Shown piece by piece: positions 48,501 through 55,957 of a stretch of 64,000 bases of DNA. The position numbers and the translations under genes were made by a program. The notes under the pieces are model-generated. The model was not told where the DNA came from. It did not search any database and saw only the letters and a list, made by a program, of their open reading frames with translations. Within the stretch, counting starts at the first letter, position 1. Every line of letters begins with the position of its first letter. The stretch is from a virus, in IMG/VR virus record IMGVR_UViG_3300042484_003756, positions 1 to 64,000 of that record; one strand, given 5' to 3'.

Positions 48501-50255
48501 AGCTGGTGCAATTGGATATTTCAGCAAATTGTGCAAAAGTAAAGATTTTTTAAAACTATTATTTTTGACATCTGAATAACTACTAGTTCCATAAGATTTG
48601 AAATTAGTAAATGGGGCTATCAAATCTATTCCTAGTTTGTCGTAAATATTTTTGTATTCTTCACTTCTAGTAAAAGTTGTCATTGAAATAACTTCTTGCA
48701 AAGTATCATTTATCAAATCACTATCACCAATAGGAGAAATTGCAAAGTTATCTGCTTTTCTATCTATATGAATTATCGAAGCATTGTTTAGATTATATGT
48801 TGTAGCAGTCTTATTCTTAATTGTTCCTGAAGTTTTAAATGACGGGTATGAAAGAATTATTTTTGCAATAATATCGTAATCATTGTCAATTGGTGGATAG
48901 TTTTCAAAATCATACCAATCTACTGGCACTGATTCTTGAGGCATTGCTTTTCCAAAAAACAGATAAAAATCAATGTCTCCATTCTCATACTGATTTCCAG
49001 AAATAATATTTTTAGTAGCAATAATCACTGGAAGATATTCAAAGTTATTTAATGAAACATAATTTGCTAACGAGTTTGTATCTCCAGTTGCACTAAAAGT
49101 TTCAGGATATAAATATCTAAAAGGCTCTGTTGTTGTTATATAATCCCCATCAAAATATTTTTGGTTAGTTTTGCTTCTTGAAAAAAGATATACATTTGTA
49201 TCATTTACACCTGTTTTATCAAATGTAAGATAATTTTTTATATCTTTTTGTAAGTAAGTTTTTCTAGGGAAAATATTCCAAGTTGAATTTAGATTACTTG
49301 AATTAAAAGTAACAGCAGTTCCAGAAGTATATGTTGGGTATGTAGATAAAAAATTTACATCATGTGTGTCCCAATAGAATGCTAAATGATACCAATAATC
49401 TGCTGTCCAAGTAGATGGTGTTTTTACTTTGAACAAATAATGATCTTTAATTCTATCTGTTGACGAACCTATAGATGAAACTTCAGAAACATTGTAAGCA
49501 AGATAAGTTAAAGCTAATCCCGCCATACTTCCTCCTAAAGAGAAAGTTGATCCGATGCCTTGAGTTTTAAGAAATGTATGAGAAGCAATACCCAAATCTT
49601 TTGGAGTATTGGTATATGGATTTATAAATTGTGCGCTTTCAAAATAAGACTTTGGAATTATTATGTGCGCTTCATTATTAGAATCTGTTCCTGTATTTTT
49701 GACAGAAATCCATCTTGAAGAATTGAATAAGTTTACTCTTTGATAAATACTTCCATTCCATCTTACGGGATAGTCGTAATTAGTTCTTTCTGAACCATTA
49801 CTTGGCTCAGAATTTATGTTGTAAATTATGTAAGAAGTATTTGCATTTCCAGCTGCATTATATGGTGGTAAATAATACTGCCAAGCATTGTAGTCCCAAA
49901 CATCCCATCCTTCTGTGGCTGGAGGATTGTAATATTGAGGTGTCCAGTTGCCAGTATTTGCAAAGCTAGCAATTTTTGAGTCTACTGTATATTTACCACC
50001 TTGAAAACCAAAAGAAATATTGTCGTCAGAACCAAAAGTTTGGTAAGGTTTTGTAGTAAGCCCTTGCGGTGTAAGTCCAGCTAAATCATAGTCGTGAAAG
50101 ATTGTTGATCCTCTAAACTTAACGACAATTCTCTCATAATCCAAAAAATAACCGTGATTTAAAGACAAATTACCAATCAAATCTTTATAAGCATGTTTCG
50201 CTTTTCCGATTTGATTTATTATAAATTCAAGGCCTTTTTTGGATACGAGACTCAT
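45552..50255 (-). CDS. large tail/receptor-binding protein with C-terminal PA14-like domain
   Basis: 1567 aa, S/T/N/Y-rich; FKVTTNGGIKLYIN..ISNW..ISLELQF..LKLEW PA14 pattern; GKITIS..VIG..KFTTEITEGD fibre-like repeat. Confidence 0.65.
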   Translation of the reverse strand: MSLVSKKGLEFIINQIGKAKHAYKDLIGNLSLNHGYFLDYERIVVKFRGSTIFHDYDLAGLTPQGLTTKPYQTFGSDDNISFGFQGGKYTVDSKIASFANTGNWTPQYYNPPATEGWDVWDYNAWQYYLPPYNAAGNANTSYIIYNINSEPSNGSERTNYDYPVRWNGSIYQRVNLFNSSRWISVKNTGTDSNNEAHIIIPKSYFESAQFINPYTNTPKDLGIASHTFLKTQGIGSTFSLGGSMAGLALTYLAYNVSEVSSIGSSTDRIKDHYLFKVKTPSTWTADYWYHLAFYWDTHDVNFLSTYPTYTSGTAVTFNSSNLNSTWNIFPRKTYLQKDIKNYLTFDKTGVNDTNVYLFSRSKTNQKYFDGDYITTTEPFRYLYPETFSATGDTNSLANYVSLNNFEYLPVIIATKNIISGNQYENGDIDFYLFFGKAMPQESVPVDWYDFENYPPIDNDYDIIAKIILSYPSFKTSGTIKNKTATTYNLNNASIIHIDRKADNFAISPIGDSDLINDTLQEVISMTTFTRSEEYKNIYDKLGIDLIAPFTNFKSYGTSSYSDVKNNSFKKSLLLHNLLKYPIAPALKSNYQTTKGSGKITISSGNNVVIGNLSKFTTEITEGDYLYSSDGMSLYGQVLSIINDNYLTLEENYKTTVDNQFYGVKNSPLETEPINIEVQETGANAMISWLTKPPTTLAFKYDENGMTLKNINFENNTEFEFYQEFSNTQGELDQENNGNRLTKDYSFSIVFENSSSDKFIKNIKLNSSKFFITDDEYTNRQKKNLSTSGYFKQGSQTEKTSNSPGTFNSIEEYRLFGSAAIIPNMQMGESRAILTKQVQPVDQTKQTKSDFISNLKLSNPNITEAEIQDKISDYELTKSFYTPDSSQFSNTFSNIKEIGMTVSNYRYNKNIHWISNYNEVTGGEKDFKTFTAQNLLDLRSDSFLISIAGYSTSDTSINNLENVFKQQISIIDATNIIQDTKGGYKSVNYNRFAFKITPNDYQNIKSLKIRLQSLAVCNNPDAYIQCSIWDNKNGLPNSKLITGSKVFYKSIKNILDDVYFYVNYSLTKSRTYWIVFDSNTNPPNYDSKTLGLVSVSGTAVSGLYNPSKNTTADFNKYQKYASIGFGSSSYSDISTWYEIASIGSSSSMTISESAGTSTNQNYVIKYDLRLQIQESASPTATNIAFYDGYSWTSSTGTPYVIFYGLDDEIYAAFNRDFNNSSLVLPEPNKTRANNTDYYVDEFWSINNQELFTPSQLYIYPRSFVSRVTAIGATGTSGTNLLYIPEENFDTSVMVGIAVTSNVITSGTAITNLIYDSINNNYKIYLSSNLSGSANTHYFGDNLNRYIKRANDIHLYLKYFVNNQLQTTYVKLDKSPTWIAQWYSKSSWNYLELDSNDMSNITSAHYNINFDNFSGLGQTNYFNGYAIGDFTTQSSLGSTFDFKVTTNGGIKLYINNEEKPYISNWKNKTSTSFTTSYVATGSSQPISLELQFNNYQNIHNLKLEWRKTGSTTWQDVDSSFYQDSSVSPILIDSNKIEKLSYLVVGKTLDEINDQYYGFPLTDKIVIRNK

Positions 50256-50257
50256 TG

Positions 50258-51034
50258 TTAATATGCAGTTGTTGGTACATTATCTGGACCAAAATAAATT
50301 TGTCTGACTAATTCTTTAGCTGTTATTGTGATACTGCCACTTCTAAAAAGTTGTTTACCTGTAGCGTCATCTGAAGATTTTATATCATTGCAAAGCACAT
50401 CGTATAACATTCTGATAGGCTCAACACTATCTGCTTGCATTCTCAATATGTTATTTTTTGCTTTTGTTGATAAATTTGTTACAGTAGTTCCTACTCCAAC
50501 ATCGTTATACATTCTGATAAATGCTTCTGCTGCTTTTCCAGAATCAGGTAAAGTTGGTGCAGCAAGAGTAGCAGGATGTGTTTCTGACCAAAGAGTGTTG
50601 AACTCATTTGTAACAGTTGTAGCGTACGAACTCAAAATATTATTGTGATCTACTGTAAAGTGAGCTGGAGAAAGCGTAAATTTCTCGCAAATTGGACAAG
50701 TTTCAACTACCCAAATTCTTCTGTGTTTTCTTAATATTGATAAAATAATTCTAGTTGCTTCTTGGGTGACTCTTTCTGTAGTTTCAATATTATCAGCACC
50801 AACATTAACTTCAATATTAACATTATGCTCATATTCCTGTAATCCAAAAGAAATGTCTTTAAGCGGAGAACTTGCACCTTTGAAAACTATAGCTATTCCA
50901 TTAGGTCTTACTGCAGCTTCGCCAATATAAAATCCAGATACTGTGCGATCAAAAATTACCGCTTCACCTTTAGCATTTTTTGGCAACTCATGGAATAAGA
51001 TGCCTCTCAAGGTATCATAAACTCTTTCAAGCAT
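50258..51034 (-). CDS. putative tail completion/terminator protein
   Basis: downstream of head-tail adaptor; alpha/beta pattern with CPIC..H...H insertion. Confidence 0.45.
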   Translation of the reverse strand: MLERVYDTLRGILFHELPKNAKGEAVIFDRTVSGFYIGEAAVRPNGIAIVFKGASSPLKDISFGLQEYEHNVNIEVNVGADNIETTERVTQEATRIILSILRKHRRIWVVETCPICEKFTLSPAHFTVDHNNILSSYATTVTNEFNTLWSETHPATLAAPTLPDSGKAAEAFIRMYNDVGVGTTVTNLSTKAKNNILRMQADSVEPIRMLYDVLCNDIKSSDDATGKQLFRSGSITITAKELVRQIYFGPDNVPTTAY

Positions 51035-51043
51035 TTATTTCAC

Positions 51044-51538
51044 CTATTGACTTTGGCCTTTTGAACGTTTGCCTTCTGTCGGGTTGCTTACAACGCCTCT
51101 CAGTGTAGATCTAACAAATCTATCTCCACGAGTATTTCTCTGTCCAAATAGTCTAATTTCGCCATTTTGAATTCTAACAATTTCATTTTGAGCAAAATCA
51201 AACCTAACTTTTTGTGATTCAGAGTATTGTGGATCAGCTCCTTGAAGTGCTTGCATATAATACATTTGAGCTGACAATATCGCACAAATAACTGGTACTG
51301 GGTGAGGATAAGATACATCTCCCCCAATATTTATTTGCTTCAAAGGAACATCGTACATAGTAGCAAGATTAGCATCAATTTCCGCAGATGCCTGTTGAAT
51401 AAAAAAATCTAAATTAATATTTGATGCAGATTCAGGAGTAGGATTTCTAAAATTAGGGATTGGATTATCTCCCTCTGTTACGACATTCGGTGGAAGATAT
51501 TGCTTGACATCATTTGTTGTGCAGTAAGAACGTGGCAT
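51044..51538 (-). CDS. head-tail adaptor, Mu gp36/DUF1320-like
   Basis: YCTTNDV, IQQASAEIDANLATMYDVPL, IQNGEIRL. Confidence 0.75.
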   Translation of the reverse strand: MPRSYCTTNDVKQYLPPNVVTEGDNPIPNFRNPTPESASNINLDFFIQQASAEIDANLATMYDVPLKQINIGGDVSYPHPVPVICAILSAQMYYMQALQGADPQYSESQKVRFDFAQNEIVRIQNGEIRLFGQRNTRGDRFVRSTLRGVVSNPTEGKRSKGQSQ

Positions 51539-52218
51539 TACACTACTCCTATTTGTGGTTTTAAATATTTGGGTGTAAAATCAACACCCTCATCACCTTG
51601 TAAAAATCCCATTTCTTGTGCTGTTTTTCTTTGCATCAAGGTAAAAACATTTGAATCATCTAATTCATTTGCTGATGTCGATCCTGAATTTACAAATCTT
51701 GGAAAATCAATGTCAACATCTCTATAGCCACCTGATTTTGCATTAAAAATTTCAACTCCGTCAGGGGCAAATTTACTTCCTTGCAATCTATTTAAGGTTA
51801 TGGCTAGTTTTGAGTTGACATTTGTAGCTAATACAAATCCATTGTTATCATGAACATAACCACAAACCTTATCGATTGAAAGATTCATTGGTACTGGTTT
51901 TAATAAATTGTAAATATACAATTCTTCTTTGCCAGAACAGTTATAAGTTTGCCCAGACACAACTACTAAATCCATTTGTTGTTGCTGGGCCATTTGTTTT
52001 GCTTTCAATCCTACGTAAGGTGCATCTGGAGAAAGAATTCCAACAATATCCAATCCATTAATGATTGCTGAAGTAAGAATTGATTTTATAGTTGAATTTA
52101 AGTAGTCTTCGTTTGAGAAAGCTTCTTCTTTGTCAATAAATACGCACAAATCAACTCTTAAGACATTTTTTCTAATGGCTGTGCATTCTTTTGCTATGTG
52201 ATACCAGGAGCGTTCCAT
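51538..52218 (-). CDS. degenerate PHP-domain protein
   Basis: LRVDL, GLDIVGI, VVSGQ, HDNNGFVLA, DGVEIFNA, GSTS match the PHP fold, but the metal-binding His are replaced. Confidence 0.6.
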   Translation of the reverse strand: MERSWYHIAKECTAIRKNVLRVDLCVFIDKEEAFSNEDYLNSTIKSILTSAIINGLDIVGILSPDAPYVGLKAKQMAQQQQMDLVVVSGQTYNCSGKEELYIYNLLKPVPMNLSIDKVCGYVHDNNGFVLATNVNSKLAITLNRLQGSKFAPDGVEIFNAKSGGYRDVDIDFPRFVNSGSTSANELDDSNVFTLMQRKTAQEMGFLQGDEGVDFTPKYLKPQIGVV

Positions 52219-52229
52219 AATAAAGAAAA

Positions 52230-52256
52230 TACTAGGTCTTGGCTCTTTTTACCTAT
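52230..52256 (-). promoter_or_regulatory. putative phage-type promoter ATAGGT-N16-TAGTA heading the tail operon
   Basis: recurrent motif 11 nt before ATG 52218. Confidence 0.45.
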
Positions 52257-52801
52257 CTTTTCTTGCCGCAATCTGGACAGAACTTTTCCATTGCAGGAAA
52301 ACTGAATCCACACTCTGTGCAAAATTTTGGCATTTGAGCAGTACCGCATTCGAGACAGAACTTGGCATCTTTTGGAAGATTATACATACAGTCTTTGTTA
52401 GCGCAACTTTTGAACCACTGATTTTCAGCTTGCTTATGTTCAGTAGTCCCATCCATCTCGTCTAGTTCAGAAATCAAATCTGCAATATTGACTGTATTTG
52501 GAACTATTGGGCTCTTTTCCAAAATCCGAACTTCATTTGTTGGTTCTTCATGTTCAGATGTCTTCAGAATAGGTTGTTTTTCTGCCCATTTTTGAAATTC
52601 TGGACTGTCGAAAAGACTTTGCTTTGGTTCTGCACTAATATCACCAGATTCATCGATTTTTAGATCAATTTCTTGCTCTGACATTTCCATCTCATCCCCA
52701 AGCACTGTATGTCCAAATTTATTAACTTTTGGCTTGGGGAGATCTTCACGATGAGGGTTTGTAAATGAAGCTCGTAATACTTTGATCTGATCGTCGTCCA
52801 T
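52253..52801 (-). CDS. double zinc-ribbon protein
   Basis: C-terminal CANKDC, FCLECG, FCTECG, FCPDCG. Confidence 0.8.
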   Translation of the reverse strand: MDDDQIKVLRASFTNPHREDLPKPKVNKFGHTVLGDEMEMSEQEIDLKIDESGDISAEPKQSLFDSPEFQKWAEKQPILKTSEHEEPTNEVRILEKSPIVPNTVNIADLISELDEMDGTTEHKQAENQWFKSCANKDCMYNLPKDAKFCLECGTAQMPKFCTECGFSFPAMEKFCPDCGKKR

Positions 52802-52817
52802 AAACTAATTTTACAGA

Positions 52818-53234
52818 CTATTGTTTCTTTTTGTCGTCTCTTCTTTCATATTTGAAGCTAACTACTTCAAAAGAATTAGATTCTGACTCATTGCCTGCAG
52901 CAAACTCTTTTGCAGTGTCTGAATGACTTTCAATCGATTGCAATATTTTTGACATTAATTGTGTATCGGGAATTGGTCCATTATGCTTTGCTTTGATTTC
53001 CACTGCAAAGCTATGAATTGTTCCATCATCGTCTACAACGCTTACGCTTGGACGTGGCTTTGCAAATGTTTGGATATTTGGATTCATTCCAGTATCAATT
53101 GTTGAATCTTCAGTTTCCATAGGCTCATTTGCTCCAAGATCAAAAACTGCATCATTAATTTTGTCACCAAGCTCTGGATTAACTTGTGCTACTCTTGTTT
53201 TGATGTCATCTAAAACCCTTATTACTCTATTCAT
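52818..53234 (-). CDS. hypothetical protein (RVAQ motif)
   Basis: AAGGA RBS; 138-aa ORF. Confidence 0.55.
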   Translation of the reverse strand: MNRVIRVLDDIKTRVAQVNPELGDKINDAVFDLGANEPMETEDSTIDTGMNPNIQTFAKPRPSVSVVDDDGTIHSFAVEIKAKHNGPIPDTQLMSKILQSIESHSDTAKEFAAGNESESNSFEVVSFKYERRDDKKKQ

Positions 53235-53387
53235 TTTCTGTCCTTTTAGTTTTTCACTTTTTTACACCCATTAATAATGGGAATTAAGATTTAATATAAT
53301 TAAGTATATTAAAGATTATTAATTAAAGAAAATTTTAAAGATTTAAAATTCTTAATTAAATTGTTGCTATAATAGCAATCTAACAAA

Positions 53388-54497
53388 TTACCCACCAGTA
53401 CCAATATTCCATATATATCTGAAAAATCTACTTCTTCCTCCAGGCATATTAAATTCTGGTACAACAACTGATCTAATTCCAGGGTAGAAGGCAATTGGTA
53501 ATTTTTCTAATAGTTTTTCAAATTCTTCTTTGTACATAGTAGCTGATTGACGTAAATCATCAGTTATTTTTGCATCAGGATCTTCAATAAGTAATCTTCT
53601 TTGTCTGCTGGTCAAAGAAACTAGTAAACTTCTCAAGATGTAATATGCTGCTCCGTACACTAAAGCAGGATCATAAAAGTAAGGAGCTAGTGAAACTGTT
53701 GGATATTTACTTGCACCAGGTTGAGAATTTATAGCTTGCAAAGCCATGTACAAACTTGAATTCATATGGTCATTTGTAATCATTTTTATGCTGTACGAAA
53801 CTAATACATTATCGTAACTATGAATGTTTACTGGATCTCCATTCGCATCAATAAAATAGATATTTCCCATAAAATCATATTTCACCATCAATCCATTTGG
53901 ATAATTGTTTCCATTTGTATATTGAGATTCATATCCATCTCTATTTTTAATGATTGGATCAAATGTGGTATTTATTGTTGAGTAGATTGGAGTCGTTTCT
54001 GATAATTGAATTAATGGATCTCTGTCACCTTGATTTGATGGGCCACTAATTCTTATTTCTGGTTTTGGTACTGAATTCCAAAAAGGGAATGCAACTGAGC
54101 CAACGCTTCTATTTCTTCTAAAAATTACTTCTTCATCATAAATAGGAATGTTCAAAAGGTGCTCTAATTCGTATCTTAAACTACTTTTTACGAGCAATTC
54201 ATCTCCTAGCATTGGGGATGATGTATTGAGCACATTTCCATTAGTATCTACTTCTTGAATTCTGTAGTAGTCAGATGGAGATCCATTTGTGTCTACGCCT
54301 TCATTTGCAGGGAATGAAACTGTTGCAATAGTTGTGTATGTGCCTTCAAAATTAGAACTTTTTTGAATTTTGTAAAAGGCAACATTCTGAGTACCACTTC
54401 TTTCCCATTCAATAAAAATTCCTGGAAATGATGGTTGTGAGTTGTAATAAACTAAAGTATTGTTGTTAAATGATTGAGCCGAAAAATCGTTTGCCAT
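53388..54497 (-). CDS. putative neck/head-tail connector with N-terminal FN3-like domain
   Basis: IEW...FYKIQKS...YYRI FN3-like strands; C-terminal helical adaptor-like region (ALQAINSQP, LVYGAAYY); start moved to ATG 54497 with GGAG RBS. Confidence 0.55.
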   Translation of the reverse strand: MANDFSAQSFNNNTLVYYNSQPSFPGIFIEWERSGTQNVAFYKIQKSSNFEGTYTTIATVSFPANEGVDTNGSPSDYYRIQEVDTNGNVLNTSSPMLGDELLVKSSLRYELEHLLNIPIYDEEVIFRRNRSVGSVAFPFWNSVPKPEIRISGPSNQGDRDPLIQLSETTPIYSTINTTFDPIIKNRDGYESQYTNGNNYPNGLMVKYDFMGNIYFIDANGDPVNIHSYDNVLVSYSIKMITNDHMNSSLYMALQAINSQPGASKYPTVSLAPYFYDPALVYGAAYYILRSLLVSLTSRQRRLLIEDPDAKITDDLRQSATMYKEEFEKLLEKLPIAFYPGIRSVVVPEFNMPGGRSRFFRYIWNIGTGG

Positions 54498-54505
54498 ATT
54501 TACTC

Positions 54506-54540
54506 CAAAAAAATAAAGGCCATCCAACTGGATAGCCTTT
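54506..54540 (-). terminator. intrinsic terminator
   Basis: minus strand AAAGGCTATCCAGTTGGATGGCCTTT followed by ATTTTTTT. Confidence 0.7.
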
Positions 54541-54561
54541 ATTCAGTCTAGATTAAATTTT

Positions 54562-55350
54562 CTAAACTCTTCTTATTGAGCCCTCTTCTCCACCGCCCAT
54601 ATCTGCCTCTAAATCAATTGCATCAGCGATAGAATCGTAGCCATCATCCTCTGGAGTATCAAGATAATTGAAATCTGCACCAGCTACTCTTCTATCTCGA
54701 TTGTAGTTAGTCATCTCAACTTCTCTAACGCTAGAGCCCTTTATTGCATCACTTGGTGGTTCTGCGACGAAAGCTCTACCTCTAGTTTCAACACCCGAGA
54801 CTGAACTATTTGCATCAAGATTTTTTTGCTGAGCTAATAGTTGATTAATAATTCCAGGATTTCGCTGAACTCTTTCTGCAAATTGTTCGACTGTAAGATC
54901 TTCACCCTGTAACTCTGATTGAGTTTGAGCAATATCTAAAGCCATTGCATAAGAAAGAGAATCATTTGCATATCCAGCAGTAGTTACATTGTTATCTTTA
55001 TTAGGGTATGCTTTTTCTGCATCAATGCTTTCTGCTTCAATTGTTTTTCCGTCTACATCTACAGTTCGAAGATTTTTATTGCTTTGCTGCTTAAGGAGTT
55101 CTTTCTTTCCTTTGATTGCTGCTTTCTCTTCAATAGAGTCAAATTGTTCAGGAGAAATTTTTCTCAATAATCCAAGTCTAATTGAATTTCTCAAATCTTT
55201 AGAAGCTTTGACAACTTTAGGATCTTCCCAAGTTAAGTCAATAGCTTGTAATGGACCAAAATTCAATCTAATATCACTTACATAATGTGGTCCAAGAGTG
55301 ACATTTTGTACGATAAATGATTCTGGCTCTTGATTTACACTTTCATTCAT
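54562..55350 (-). CDS. hypothetical protein
   Basis: 262-aa ORF; N-terminal VQNVT...DL...SKDLRNSIRLGLL domain. Confidence 0.6.
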   Translation of the reverse strand: MNESVNQEPESFIVQNVTLGPHYVSDIRLNFGPLQAIDLTWEDPKVVKASKDLRNSIRLGLLRKISPEQFDSIEEKAAIKGKKELLKQQSNKNLRTVDVDGKTIEAESIDAEKAYPNKDNNVTTAGYANDSLSYAMALDIAQTQSELQGEDLTVEQFAERVQRNPGIINQLLAQQKNLDANSSVSGVETRGRAFVAEPPSDAIKGSSVREVEMTNYNRDRRVAGADFNYLDTPEDDGYDSIADAIDLEADMGGGEEGSIRRV

Positions 55351-55354
55351 ATTT

Positions 55355-55699
55355 TTAATCCTTTTTATTAACTGGCAAAGATGTTATACCGTCCAAACCT
55401 TCTTTTCCTGTCCAATATTCATTTGATTTGGATTCTCTTGAATTTGGATCATAGGAATTTTTTCTAACATTTTTTTGATCTTTGACAAATTCAGTCATTT
55501 GTTTTCTTTTTGGTGTTGTGCCAAATTGTTTTTCTTTAGCTGTAAGGCCATCTTGAACTGTAAAACTATTAAAAACTCTTTTAGCTTCACCATTTCCACA
55601 AGGACAAGGAATTACAGCTTTATAATCACTATAAGAAAGAGATATTGTGAAAGTTTTAGGTTCAGTATTACATTCGCAAACGTATTCGTATCTAGGCAT
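55355..55699 (-). CDS. FmdB-family zinc-ribbon protein
   Basis: MPRYEYVCEC...F...CPCG...KRVF. Confidence 0.8.
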   Translation of the reverse strand: MPRYEYVCECNTEPKTFTISLSYSDYKAVIPCPCGNGEAKRVFNSFTVQDGLTAKEKQFGTTPKRKQMTEFVKDQKNVRKNSYDPNSRESKSNEYWTGKEGLDGITSLPVNKKD

Positions 55700-55724
55700 A
55701 TTTCGTTTTTGGAAAATTGATTTT

Positions 55725-55751
55725 AAAGGTATTTGTACAATATTTTTTGAA
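55725..55751 (+). promoter_or_regulatory. putative phage-type promoter AAAGGT-N16-TTGAA
   Basis: recurrent motif before ORF 55776. Confidence 0.45.
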
Positions 55752-55775
55752 ATCTTATTAAAGGAGTACTCTAAA

Positions 55776-55952
55776 ATGAGTTCAGAAATTACAGACGCAG
55801 GAACTACCCATCATATGTATTGTGTTAAGTGCAGAACTATGGTTATGGTTTCAGGTCCAAAGAAAATTGTTATGAAGAGCAGCAGACACGCACTTCAAGG
55901 CAAGTGTCCTCACTGTTCTACATCTACTTTTAAAATTACAAAAGCAGAATAA
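55776..55952 (+). CDS. small zinc-ribbon protein, DUF5679-like
   Basis: YCVKCR...GKCPHC...FKI; start moved to ATG 55776 with AAGGAG RBS. Confidence 0.75.
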   Translation: MSSEITDAGTTHHMYCVKCRTMVMVSGPKKIVMKSSRHALQGKCPHCSTSTFKITKAE

Positions 55953-55957
55953 TTCTT

